From: Basidiobolus meristosporus CBS 931.73
Taxonomy: Eukaryota; Fungi; Basidiobolomycota
Length of the DNA stretch: 64,000 nt
Assembly: GCA_002104905.1 (NCBI GenBank)
Contig: MCFE01000378.1
Coordinates: forward strand, 20,295 to 84,294
Reading direction: 5' to 3'
The notes under the pieces are model-generated. The model searched no databases, was not told the origin of the DNA, and saw nothing but the letters and a program-made list of their open reading frames with translations. The translations under genes were made by a program, and so were the position numbers. This document shows, one piece after another, positions 38,648 through 51,099 of the stretch (its first letter is position 1; every line of letters starts with the position of its first letter).

Positions 38648-40368
38648 ACGCCCACAGATTCCATCTCATCTACCAGCAGGGTAATTCTGTTATTTAGATT
38701 TTTCATTTCTTCTCCTGGCAGCATCTTTGTAGTAAAGAATTTTTGTCTCAGATAAATTTTCTTGGCAGCTGAACATGACTGGTAGGTGTCTTTTGATGCC
38801 TTCCAGGCATTATTTGCTGTTTTTGCTCTTGAGCATTGAATTAGCAATTTGTCCTTGACATTAAGGCAGATGCAGCTAAAGGCACTTTGTTCTTTCTTCT
38901 GGTACTTTAAGGCTTCCTCTCCCATGTTTTTAAGGGCATTCTTCTCCCATGACAATATCCCAAAGGCCTCTTTCTTGTAGCAGCATCTTCATCTTCACCT
39001 TCCACACTTGGTAGTTAGATCCATCCAACTTTTCAGCAGAGGGAAAAATTCCAGTAATAGCAGTAGTAGACATTGCCGAGAGTGACAGCTTGGGGCTCAT
39101 AACCTGTTGTAAGAGTCTTGGAGATATTGGAAGTGATTTGGATAACAAGTAGAATATGTGGTTTTCACTTAATGATTTATTGAATGAAAAAGTAGTATTT
39201 ATACTTTTACCGGGTCTTGGCACTACAAACATGTAGAATAAGTTAAGGAAGGTCCCAAGAACATGTGTGCAAAGTTTGGGGCTGTTTGGACAACTTTGAG
39301 AATTTTCATGTTCTGGGTACCTGGTATTTTAGTGAAAATATTCCAAGTAAATCCCAACAAGGAATTTGGTCTGTATTCTCTAGGATTTGAGGGTAATGAT
39401 CTAAGTGACTAAGTTAGGTGAATATTTAGGTGGAAATACAAATTTTTACAACACAAGTAATACCTGTAGTATGAAGCTAAAATTTGCAGTGGCACAGATT
39501 GGACATAGGCACAGAACCTGTGAGAATTCCACATGATTTGATTTGCTGGTCCAAAAGTTGCACACAATCAAAGTCACCATAGTAATCCTAGCAATAGAGG
39601 CCTTGTATATATGTTTATTGGACTCTTTTGATCATAACTCCTCAAATACTGCTTCAAATGAGGTGAAATTGAAACATGTACTGGCTACTGAGTGCTTTAC
39701 ATGGCATAATTTTCTTGGGTGGATTGCTTGTTGGGGTCTTGAGCATTTGTCCTTCATGGTTGGAAATTCTTGATCTTTCATTTGTGTGCCACAATAGCAA
39801 ATGGCAAAATAAAGATATGAGTGCAATATTGTTTGAAGTATTATAGTAGTGTAATGCTTTCTTTTACCACAACTCACATCAGAAAATGCCACTATTGTAT
39901 GGTCTCCAATTTTTCAGCAATCCACCACTATAGGAGGAAAAGATTGCCCACACTCAGGATATATTCCAGTACTACTCCATCTAAAGAAGCTTGTGCAGTC
40001 CAACAAGTATTGTGAAGCTATAAATAACTGTGCTCAGTAACAATCAAGCACAAGCATTTTCAATACATTTGATGGCAAACATTACAAACGACTAAAAAGC
40101 AAGGGCTACTTTGAAGGTATATATGACCATGCCTTTCCCTTAGCCCCTGATGGATTCTCATTGAATAAGAATTCTACCAGCAAGCTCTGCTGGCCTCTGA
40201 TTCTCATCAACCTGAATCTTCCATCTTTCTTACAATATCACAGCAGAAATATGAAGGTAGCCTCACTGGTACCTAGGCCTAAATCACTGTCCAGCCTGGA
40301 TACCTACCTGTATCCATTGCTGGATTAATTTTGTATGCTCTTCAGCAGGAAACTACTAAATGGCTATT

Positions 40369-40579
40369 AGACTTGTTCCATCATTCCAGCTGATCATAGT
40401 GCCCAATAGTGCCATAGCATGCCAGATGGTGCCTGATCATGCCACAGAGTGCCAGATGGTGCCATACAGTGCCAATTTGGGATCAAAATTGACATGCATA
40501 CAACCCAAAAATATCAAATTAATAACAAAATATACAGCACTCTCTGGCACTTTGATCAATGGCACAATGGAACAAGTCT
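40369..40579. mobile_element. 211-bp MITE with AGACTTGTTCCA/TGGAACAAGTCT termini
   Basis: 12-bp TIR, 3-bp TSD ATT at 40366-40368 and 40580-40582, many internal (A/G)TGCCA repeats. Excision restores the host frame NGYYIKAQIII. Confidence 0.9.
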
Positions 40580-40785
40580 ATTATATCAAAGCTCAAATTA
40601 TTATCTGCATTGGAGATACCCCAGCCATCAACAAGATTGCTGGCTTTTTTGGGCATAATGGCAGGTATTGCTCTCAAATGTCTGTGATACATTGGATTTA
40701 CCTCATAATTTGTACACAGTATTGTTATCCAAACACCAACACTAGGAACTTCATCTTCCCACAGACAGAATGTACAGAAGTCAGT

Positions 40786-41519
40786 AGACTTGTTCTGTTG
40801 GATAGTGCCACATTGAGCCATGAGTGCCAAATGATGCCATTGTGTGCCAGAGAGGCCAAGTGAGCCTCTACCTGGCCACAGAGTGTGAAACATAGCTCTG
40901 CATCTTCATGCAAAGCAGCCCCTGTGTTTCACCTGTTGAGTTGGAGAAAATCCATTTTTTGTCCTTTTTTTTTGGATCAATGTTATGCAGGATGTGTTAG
41001 AGCACAAGCCAATTGAATATATGCATCTGGTACTCAATACCCATGGCACTCTGAATCTAGCTCCTGTAGCTTGTATCATGTCACAAAAATGAATGGCACT
41101 ATCTTGGTCCACTGGTACTATCTGGCACTATAATTAAATATTAGCCCTAAAATAAGATCTACACAAAGCACTTATAGTGCCAGATAGTACCAGTGGACCA
41201 AGATAGTGCCATTCATTTTTGTGATATGATACAAGCTACAGGAGCTAGATTCAGAGTGCCATGGGTATTGAGTACCAGATGCATATCTTCAGTTCTCCTG
41301 TGCTCTTTCACATCCTGAGCTACATTGGTCCACAAAAAAAGGTCAAAAAATGGATTTTCTCCTGCACAATGAGTGAAACACAAGGGCTGCTTTACATGAA
41401 GATGCAGAGCTATGTTTCACACTCTGTGGCCAAGTATAGGCTCACTTGACCTCTCTGGCACACTTTGGCATCATTTGGCACTCATGGCTCAATGTGGCAC
41501 TATCCAACGGAACAAGTCT
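40786..41519. mobile_element. 734-bp foldback element of the AGAC/GTCT family
   Basis: ~345-bp inverted arms around a ~40-bp spacer. TSD AGT at 40783-40785 and 41520-41522. Excision restores TEVSVRLQQSW, matching paralog TEVSMQLQQSW. Confidence 0.93.
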
Positions 41520-43582
41520 AGTGTGCGACTGCAGCAAAGTTGGCAAGCTATATGCCATCAGCCAGCATATGGAATTAATTGGAAACCAGTAAAACTTAAG
41601 ATAGAGGGTATCTGTTAGAGCAAAAGCTTTCCATCTAGGGCAATGCATTTACTTTTCAACACTATCTTTATACTAATGATGAAGTTTTACATGGTGCATT
41701 TTAAGCTAAATAAATCCTTTAAGATCCTAGCAAAACTTGATATAATTGCAAGATATTGCAGAGTATCTAATTCCCAAAGTACTTCATATAGGCTCCAATC
41801 AATATTCATATGCATATGAAACAATCCAAATGCAAGGAATGTATGATTTGCACATGTATTGAGTCAAGTGGCCCTCTGAAGCCACTTCCACCAAGTTAGC
41901 ATTGGAAGCATTGGGAGTCATATGTTGACATTACAGGAGTATTTAACCAGAAGTGGATCACTAATAACAACTAGACACAGCCACAGTCTTTATGCACAGA
42001 GTTTGTGATAGGAAATCAGCAGCTATATTGCAAACATAAAGCTGAGCACATAGATCTTGACCACCATTATATGCATTTGCTACTTCATCTTGCTCAGCAT
42101 GTAGAGAATATTGGGCCTTGCTTCAACTTTAGGTAGTTTCCTATGCAGTAGATGTGTTGGAAGATAGGAAGACAAGTAGAGTTGCAAGTACTACTAAATC
42201 CCCATTTCATCTAGAATATTACCTTTGAGTCCATCACAGATGAGATGTTTTGGCATATGGAGAGCAGCCCGGAAGTGCTGGAAGGTACTGAGGACAGATG
42301 TGCATATGGAGGCACCTATGCCTTCAACATTAAGAGGCTAATCAGCCTCAATGCATGGGTAATCAGTGAAGTAATGCAAAGTTGAGGCAGGTGCAACAAG
42401 CACTTGCCCTATGAAAGATTATTGTGATGATGCCATTAAAAGGCCTTCACAAACTCTGAATCCCATGACTAAGAGGTATTGATCCCATCAGGACACTGTG
42501 TAAAGACCATCAAAAAATAATTTCACCTCAGATATTATATCAAACTTAGTCAAAATTTTCATCACCACAATACTAATGTGGCTTTTGATTTGTTCTCTGC
42601 CAATTTTCTCACTTTCTGATCCCAGACACGCTATCACCTCCTACATTTGTGTGCATTGATTGGGTACTGCCTCTTTTACACACTCATTACTACCTGACTC
42701 AGCTATTTCTCACACTCTCATGCATACATATTGATTTATTTCTGTTGAAACTTCAGTTGTACCCTAATTGCCAATTGAATTTACCTATATAAGTCCTTAT
42801 ACCTTACACCAACATTAAGCCAAGCCCCACACTTGACAAGTTACTCCAAAAAATCCACCAATGAATATGTATTTCTGCTGCAATGCTCTGTTTCCATGAC
42901 TTTAGCAGGAACCCTACAGTTTTATGACACTGTTCATTGACTGGTTCCCATATGTCCTGGTTTTCAGCTGCCACTGCAAGGTCAAGCTCCTCATCCACCA
43001 GTCTTTGCAATAAGTCCTTGCAATATTCAAGTGCATTTTCCTAAGCACTGCTCTTGAAGAAGTGTTGCAACCTCTTGGTGTGTCTATTAATGTTCCAAGA
43101 TACCATTGAGCACATTGTGATAACATTTTCAGTTTTTGAAGTTTTTACTTTGTTTGTTAGTATGATCTCTACTCTATCAACAATGGAGGACCTGGAGGGT
43201 GTGGTAGACAAATTGCCTTTCTCTGCAAACTCATCTACTTCACAGGAGTGTAGCTCAATTGGCTGTGCTTCCAACTCTTGTGAATGTTGTAAAAGTTTGT
43301 AATTCCACCTAATTATTCACCTAAATTAGTCACTTAGATCATTACTTTCACATCCTAGAGAATACTGGCCAAATTTCTTGTTGGGACTTAGAATATTCTT
43401 GCCAAAATACCAGGTACCCAGAACATGAAAATTCTCAAAGTTGTCCAAACAGCCCCAAACTTTGCACACACATTCTTGAGACCTTCATTACCCTATTTTA
43501 TGTGTCTGCTATGCAAGACCATGTAAAAGTATGAATACTACTTTTACATTCACTAAATCAATAAGTGAAAAGCACATAGTCA

Positions 43583-43761
43583 ACTTGTTACATCATTCCA
43601 GCTGATCATATTGCCCAAAAGTGCCATAGCATGCCAGATGGTGCCATACAGTGCCAATTTGGGATCAAAATTGACATGCATATGACCCTAAAATATTAAA
43701 CTAATAACAAAATATACAGCACTTTCTGGCACTATGATCAATGGCATAATGGAACAAGTCT
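43583..43761. mobile_element. Short AGAC/GTCT-family MITE inside the copia 5' LTR
   Basis: Co-linear with 40369-40579, right end GGAACAAGTCT followed by AAT. The left end is blurred because the LTR itself contains ACTTGTT. Confidence 0.8.
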
Positions 43762-44428
43762 AATCTATATTTTTTCACAATCACTTTCAATATCTCCAAG
43801 ACTCTTGCAACAGGTTATGAGCCCTAAGCTGTAACTCTCTGCAATGTCCACCACTGCTAATACTGGTATTCTCCCCCCTGCTGAAAAGTTGGATGGATCT
43901 AACTACCAAGTGTGGAAGGTGAAGATGAAGATGCTGCTACAAGAAAGAGGCCTTTGGGATATTGTCATTGGAAAAGAATGCCCTCCTAAAAATGTGGGAG
44001 AGGAAGCCTTAAAGTACCAGAAGAAAGAACAAAGTGCCTTTAACTGCATTTGCCTTAATGTCAAGGACAAATTGCTAATTCAATGCTCAAGAGCAAAAAC
44101 AGCAAAAAATGCCTGGAAGGCATCAAAAGACACCTACCAGTCATGTTCAGCTGCTAAGAAAATGTATCTGAGATGAAAATTCTTCACTACAAAGATGCAG
44201 CCAGGAGAAAAAAATGAAAAATTTAATTAACAGATTTACCCTGCTAGTAAATGAAATGGAATCTGTAGGCATACCAACCACTAATAAGGATGTGATAGAT
44301 ACCATTCTGAATAGGCTGACAGAGAGGATTCAGGGCCTTGTATCAGCCATAGAGTTCAGAACTGAAGATTTGACCTTAAAATATGTATATGAAAGGCTCC
44401 TGGATGAAGAATTAAGAAAATCAAGCGC

Positions 44429-46210
44429 TGTAGTGGGGTCACAGTGACACCCACAGGCAGATGTGCTCATTCCCATACGCTCACTTCCCAAAAAAGGATT
44501 ACCCCCCTATATTAGTATCATCCCAAATTTGCAATATTTCCTATTTTGTCTATGTGATTATTACTATGCAACCTGACAAACTATTTGTCACTATTAACCC
44601 ATTGCACAAGCTATTCTTATTCCTTGCCAAGATGCCAAGATAAGATAGTTACCATATAAGGTAGGTACCCCAACAGTGCCCATGTCAAGTGACTGTCTTG
44701 GTTTCATAACCCTCCTATCCTACTACCATAAGAGGCAACCACATGACACAGGGGTTTCATATTACCACTACCTGATTGGCTAGGTGCTACTATGTCTCAT
44801 GGAACAATCCGCCAAGAATTTGCGCTATTTTTAGTACACAATGACATGATTGGCTGTCTACTACCTTCTGGAAACTGCCAGAAAGTATTTTCTAGCAAGA
44901 ATTTGAGTAGAAAAAAAAGTATATAAGGAAGGCTATCCCTTAAAATAAATCATCCCTCTTCCAATATTCCGACTTATTGATTAGTGAGATCACCGCTGCC
45001 TATTACCACTATTTTCTGACTCAGACCCAACAATACTCCCAGGAAACTGTGCTGACAGCCAACTGACCTTGGAGGCACTACTTGTGAGGAATACTCAGAG
45101 TAGGTATATTTTATTATATTTGACTGTTTTCCCAAGTTTGTTCTTGTACAGGCAAAGATACTTTTCAGTCTTTGTAACTATTGGTTAAAGCTGCATTCTT
45201 ATCAAGTCCCTGTTGGTGGAGTTTACAGTTGTTTTGACTTTGGAAGCTTTAGTACATTGTCATCTCAAAGGATGTTGAAGCCATTATAAACTTTTGTTAA
45301 GACACCAACTAAGTTGGGGATTGTAGTTCAATAGTTTTTCCTTGACAAGCTTGAGGCTTTATCCCCCTTCACATTAGATTAGACAAAAGACCCAGTATTC
45401 ATAGCAAGATTTTGCCAGAGGTTATTGCACCCAGTGAACACCCCACACACATTCACACTTGAGAAGTGTTGGCTGTATTTTGCCCTTTGGACTTATACAC
45501 CACCACATATTTGGCACCCAACATGGGGGGTTCATACAAGCTCCCTAGGACCCAACAAGATTTACCTGAAGATTTGAGCCGTTACCCATTTATTGAAAAG
45601 AGACTACCAATATTATCAAGACTATAACACCAACCTACCTACCCAAAATGAACTCTATGCCATTACCACTCTCACATGGAGCCCCACAGTTTGATGGAAA
45701 GAATGTGGAAAACTTCATATTCAATTGGGAGAAGCTCTGCAAGATGTGCAGCCAATCTGAACAAGAAATGGCTGAAGACTTCCCCTACTACTGCACCAAT
45801 GATATTACCACTAAGCTTCTCAGACAAGGAGACATTCTGACTGATTGGGCCTTAATGAAGACCTACCTACAGACCGAGTATGGTAGACCCCAGATATACT
45901 ATGGAATTGAAGACCTCAGACACTTTGGAAGGACAGGACTCTCCAAGCTAACACTTGAAGAGTTCATTCAACAGTATGAAGATGTGGCCAAGCCACTCCT
46001 AGAGTCCCAGGCTATAACTGAGTTTACCATAACACTTTACCTGGCACAAGGGCTTCCCCAGGAATTGGCAAGGAAAGTTGACTTACATGCAGCCAAGGAT
46101 GACAAGTCTGGCATTCCTTGCATTGCAGAGATGAAACGTGTACTCCTAGAGGCAAAGCAAACTTCTACCTTTATGAGACTCCTGACATCTAATCTGCCAG
46201 ACCAGCCAAC
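44429..46210 (+). mobile_element. Ty3/gypsy family B 5' half: 1079-bp LTR, tRNA-Lys-type PBS, gag; remainder deleted
   Basis: LTR 44429-45507 preceded by GCGC. PBS TGGCACCCAACATGGGG at 45512. gag ORF from 45648 (APQFDGKNVENFIFNWEKLC). Copia sequence resumes at the zinc-knuckle codons near 46210. Confidence 0.88.
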
Positions 46211-49200
46211 CAAGGAAAGGACACACATCAGACCGGTGTCTCAAAAAGAGAGATTATCAACAAAAGAAGCCTGAATATGGAAATGCTGCAACAACTGAAG
46301 ACAGACTATTCATATCTGCACTAAATATGACCACAAAAAAGGATTCTCAGACGTGGTATATTGACTCTGGAGCTTCTCAACACTTTACACACCAAAAAGA
46401 ACTTCTTACCCAATATCAAGAAATTCCAATTATGAAGGTTTTCATGGGTGATGATAGAGCACTTGATGCAGTGGGAGAAGGAACTATCCAAGTAAACCTT
46501 AGAAGCAGTGAAGAAAGCTATACACTGACCTTCAAAGAAGTACTCTATGTACCAGAAATGGCCAAGAACCTACTATCTGTAAGCAAGGCCACTTCAGAAG
46601 GACTCAGTTACAGCTTTGACAATTCTGGATGCAAGATCACTGATCAAAATGGTGCCCATATTGCTTTGTGTATCAGAGATCAGAGTCTATACAAGTTGAC
46701 TTATATTCCATCACATTTGGAAGCCAATATAAGTAACTTGAATGAAGAGACACCAATGCTTTGGCACAGGAGATTTGGGCACATCAATTTTGATTATTTG
46801 CACAAAATGATCAAAGATCAGCTAATTTCTGGAGTAAAAATTGATCCCCCAGCTAATTTGGAGCACTGTGAGGCCTGCATATATGGGAAATAAGCCAGAC
46901 AGCTGTTCAAGAGCTCTGAGTTACTCAAAACTAAGAAAAAATTAGATCTAACTCACTCAGATCTGTGCGGACCTATGCAAAATTCATCCTTAGGTGGGAT
47001 GAAGTACTTAATCACTGTTGTTGATGATTATACAAGATACACATGGGTCTACTTCATAGTGAGAAAGCAAGAAGCTCAGTCTAGGTTCAGTGAGCTTAAA
47101 GCCATGGTCAAGAGAGAAACTGGTGAAAAAGTCAAGAAAATACGCTCTGACAATGGTGGAGAATATACCTCAAAACTCTTCATCCACTTCTGCAAAATTC
47201 ATGGGATAAAGCAAGAGACTACTGTACCATGCTCCCCACAGAAAAATGGAGTAGCAGAACATGCTAACAGATCAACAATTGATATGGCAAGATCTATGAT
47301 CCATGATCAAAAATCATCCTATAATATTTGGGCAGAATTAGTTGCTACAGCTGTATACCTTAAAAATAGGATTTACAACATAATACTTTGTGATTCTACT
47401 CCAGTTGAAGCATGGCATGGATACAGACCAAGTGCAGAACATCTAAGAATATTTTGGTGTACAGAATACATTAAGAAACTGCCCGGAAATCAGTCAAAAT
47501 ATGAGCCAAAAAGTGAAAATGAATATTTTTGGGTTACTGCAATGAGAGTAAAGCATACAGACTCTACAATACCAAATCAATGAAGCTAGTCAAGTCCAGG
47601 GATGTGTTGTTGGATGCGAATTCAAAATTTTCACAAAAAATGACTTCAGATGATGACAAAAATCTGATCTCAAGTCCACCAAATGTCAGGTTCAAATCAG
47701 AGCAAACAATGAAGATTTTTTTGCTCCACAGGACTCTTCAACCATGGTTCAGCCAGAATCAGTGCCCAGGAATATCATAGAAGTGATCACTCTAGTATCA
47801 AATGCCCAGAGATCCAATTGGACAAGAAATAGCCCAAATTACTATATCAATGAGGGTACAAACTTGGCCTATGCCTATTCATTCCATATTTATGAGCCCC
47901 AGACTGTAAAAGAGGCCCTAAATAGCACTCAGACAAAGTTTTGGAGATCTGCAATGACTGAGGAATATCAGGCCCTGATGGAAAATCAAACTTGGGACTT
48001 GGTCAAATTATCAATCAACCAACATCAAATGGATGCAGATGGGTTTTCAAGACAATATACAAGGCTGATGGTACAATTGAAAGATACCAAGTAAAACTTG
48101 CGGCCATAGGATACTCTCAAACAAAAGGACTTGACTATACTGAGACCTTTGCACTGGTAGCCAAGTTTAATTCCATCAGATTAATATTGGCTATTGCAGC
48201 CAAATATAAGTTCTTTATTTACCAAATGGATGTAAAAACTTCATTTTTGAATGAAGAACTTGATGAGGACGTGTATATGGACCAGCCTGATGTGTTTGCT
48301 GACCAAGATAACCCCCCATTTGGTCTGCAGCTTAAAAAGTCACTGAATGGTCTCAAACAATCACCAAGAGCCTGGAATTGCAAGATAGATTCTTATTTGG
48401 AATCTTTGAGTTTCAAAAGGAGTAATGCTGACTATAGTATATACTATCAGCCAGATAGAGCAGGTCCAGTTCTATTAGCTCTATTTGCAAATGAGCTTAT
48501 TATAGCCCCCAATTACCTAGAAAGATAGGAAGAGACTAAATCCAGCCTATCTAGGGAGTTCAACATGTCCAAGTTAGGAGTACTCAGTTACTACTTAGGG
48601 ATTAAGTTCTCAATAGACAGAAGTACCCAGACTATCACCCTAAGCCAATTCAATAATATTCAAGATATACCAAAGAAGTAGCAAATGGAAGACTGTAAAC
48701 CAGCAGCTACCCCAATGGAGACAAACCTTAACTTGATCAAAACTGAACCAAATCAACAGAGCTTGGTGCCATCTGAAAGCCCTGACTTTCCTTATTAATC
48801 TATGGTTGGCAGTTGGATGTGTATTATGCTTGGAACATGTCAGACATCTCATATTTGGTGGGAGTTGTCAGCCAACTTAATCAGAACTATAGATCAGATC
48901 ATATTGCAGCAGTTAAGCAAATTTTTAGATACCTAAGAGGAACTGCTTATATCTGCTTAAGATACACTTCTAAGGATTCAGAACAGAATCTCACAGGATT
49001 TTCTGATGCTGATTGGGGACAAAACTTAGAGGACAGAAGATCAACCACAGGATACACCTCTCTTTACTGTCAAGGAGCAGTTTCATGGAATTCAAGAAAG
49101 CAACCAACCTTAGCACTTTCTACCACAGAGGCAGAGTATATGGCAGCCTATGAAGCTACAACAGAAGCAATGTGGTTAAGAAAGCTTTTTACAGATTTAG

Positions 49201-51099
49201 GCCTATGTCCAAAAACTTGTATTACTTTACATTAAGATAATCAGGGATGTATACAATTAGGTAGAAATCCAACTTTTCATGCTAGAACTAAGCACATAGA
49301 TATTAGACATCATTTCATATGTGAAGCTATAGAGAATAACTTAGTTAGCTTAGTTTACTGTCCTTCATATGATATGATTGCAGACATATTTACCAAACCA
49401 TTAGCTAGAGACATGTTTGAATATCTTAGTTCAAAATCAGGACTAGTTAGTATGAACATTTAGCTGAGTGGGAGTGTTATAAAATTTGTAAATCCACCTA
49501 AATATTCAGCCAATTTAGTCACTTAGATCATTACCTTTACATTCTAAAGAATACTGACCAAATTTCTTGTTGGGATGTACCTAGAATATTTTTACCAAAA
49601 CACCAGGTACCCAGAACATGAAAATTCTCAGAGTTGTCCAAACAGCCCCATACTTTGCACACACATTCATGAGACTATCCTTAAGCTATTCTACATGTTT
49701 TCTATGCCAAGACCATGTAAAATTATAAATACTACTTTTATATTCAATAAATCATTCAGTGAAAACCATATAATCTACTTGTTCTCCCCATCACTTCAAA
49801 TATCTCCAAGACTCTTACAACAGTGAAAACAGCTGTTTTCTTGTTGGTAATACTTCTTGCCTATGATACAAGTCAGTCTGTTCTTGACTTATGGCATTAG
49901 TTGGCAAGAGCTGCAGCTCTTTTCTCATGCATTCCTGTCTCTGACTTGGGTAGACTTTTCTCCCTTTACCTTTTTCTCTATTGCTGCCAGGTCTTTCACT
50001 ACTACTTTGTCTGAGTGCTTCTTGCATTGAACTACATTTCCCCCCTGATAAATACTGCATTGATGCATCTGTTTTGGCCTGCTTGTCCCTTGCTGGCACT
50101 CTGCAGGCAACTTGATACTTCTTTCTTGCTTGTGCTGAGATCTCAGCCCATGGTGGGATAAGCTCCTGAGGTAGTTGCTGGTTTTCATCACTGCCAGATC
50201 CTTCACTGCTACTTTGACTGAGTGCTTCTTGAGTAGAATTACGCTTTTTCCTTGGTAAATATTGTGCTAGTAGATCTGTGTATGCCTGCTTGTCTCTTAT
50301 TGGCGCTCTTCCAGCTACCTGATGTCTCTTTGATGCATGTTTGGAGCATTTGGCCCTGCTTGTAACAGGCACTTGCAGAAGCCACTGGTTTTTAGCCATT
50401 GCACCTATGCACCTCTGCCTTTGATAGTTTCTGCTATACTTCAGTTACTTTCTCAGCATATTGATGCTGGCAAAGTTTGTTTGCATATTTGATTCCAGGA
50501 TAATGCTCATGGAACAAGTCAAGTGCATTCTGATTGGCCTTGAGTTCCAGATAGTCCCATGGTATGCTGGGCTTAAGGTGTTGGTGTGTTAGAATTCTGT
50601 TGGCCTCTTGAATATTAGCCCATTCTTCTTCATTGCTCCCAACAGCTTCACAGATCTTCAATGTCTTTTGTTTTTTAGGCTTTGGTATAAACACTACATT
50701 TTTCCCCTCCCAGGCTGTGACAGGTTTTTCTGTGGGCTTTATCTTTGGGCACTGATGTTGTACTTCAAAGATTTTGCAATGCTTCTCTGTGGTAATATTG
50801 GGATATGGCTCAATTCTTGGATGTGACAATGAGCTATGGGAGTCCCATCTTTGAAGCAAAGATACTGCTTTCTCTACCAGGGATATTGATTGCTCTACAC
50901 CTTTATATCTGCTCCTCTTGCTTCTGGAGTATTTTCTGATCTCTGGGCCATTGCATCTTTCCTATCAGCCACTGCACCTAACTGCCACATTAATGCTTCA
51001 GTATGAGCTGACAGCATACTTACTAATACGGGTAGTGGTGATGTTACAATGGTCACTTGCTGTCCTTCAAGTACTTTGGTAATAGGCTAGGCTAATATG

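Larger units (their letters stand above)
32974..39453 (-). mobile_element. Full-length Ty1/copia family A retrotransposon (decayed) with nested gypsy LTRs in gag
   Basis: LTRs at 39105-39453 and 32974-33323 (~350 bp, roughly 94% identical by eye). TSD CAAGT at 32969-32973 and 39454-39458. PBS GGTTATGAGCCCC next to the 5' LTR and PPT AGTGGGAG next to the 3' LTR. Domain order gag-PR(WYIDSG)-IN(IRSDNGG)-RT([10 protein letters not shown])-RH(YSDADW..TKHIDIR), with frameshifts and stops. Confidence 0.97.
39700..42480 (+). mobile_element. Degraded Tnp2/CACTA-type transposase gene with two inserted AGAC/GTCT elements
   Basis: DGFSL..WPLILINLNLP..PRPKSLSSLDTYLYP..IGDTPAINKIAGFFGHNGRYC..QQSWQAI motifs of Transposase_21-type proteins. 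Boundaries approximate; no terminal repeats found. Confidence 0.75.
43285..49822 (+). mobile_element. Full-length Ty1/copia family A retrotransposon (decayed) with a MITE in its 5' LTR and a gypsy 5' half in gag
   Basis: LTRs at 43285-43812 and 49475-49822. TSD GTGAA at 43280-43284 and 49823-49827. PBS GGTTATGAGCCCT at 43813, PPT GAGTGGGAG at 49466. gag/PR/IN/RT/RH fragments in ORFs 43844 to 48813. Confidence 0.97.

Noticed and set aside
40382-40480. Short TGCCA-containing repeats as a CRISPR-like or satellite array
   Set aside because: Repeats are 5-7 bp with irregular spacing and lie inside a MITE; they are subterminal motifs.
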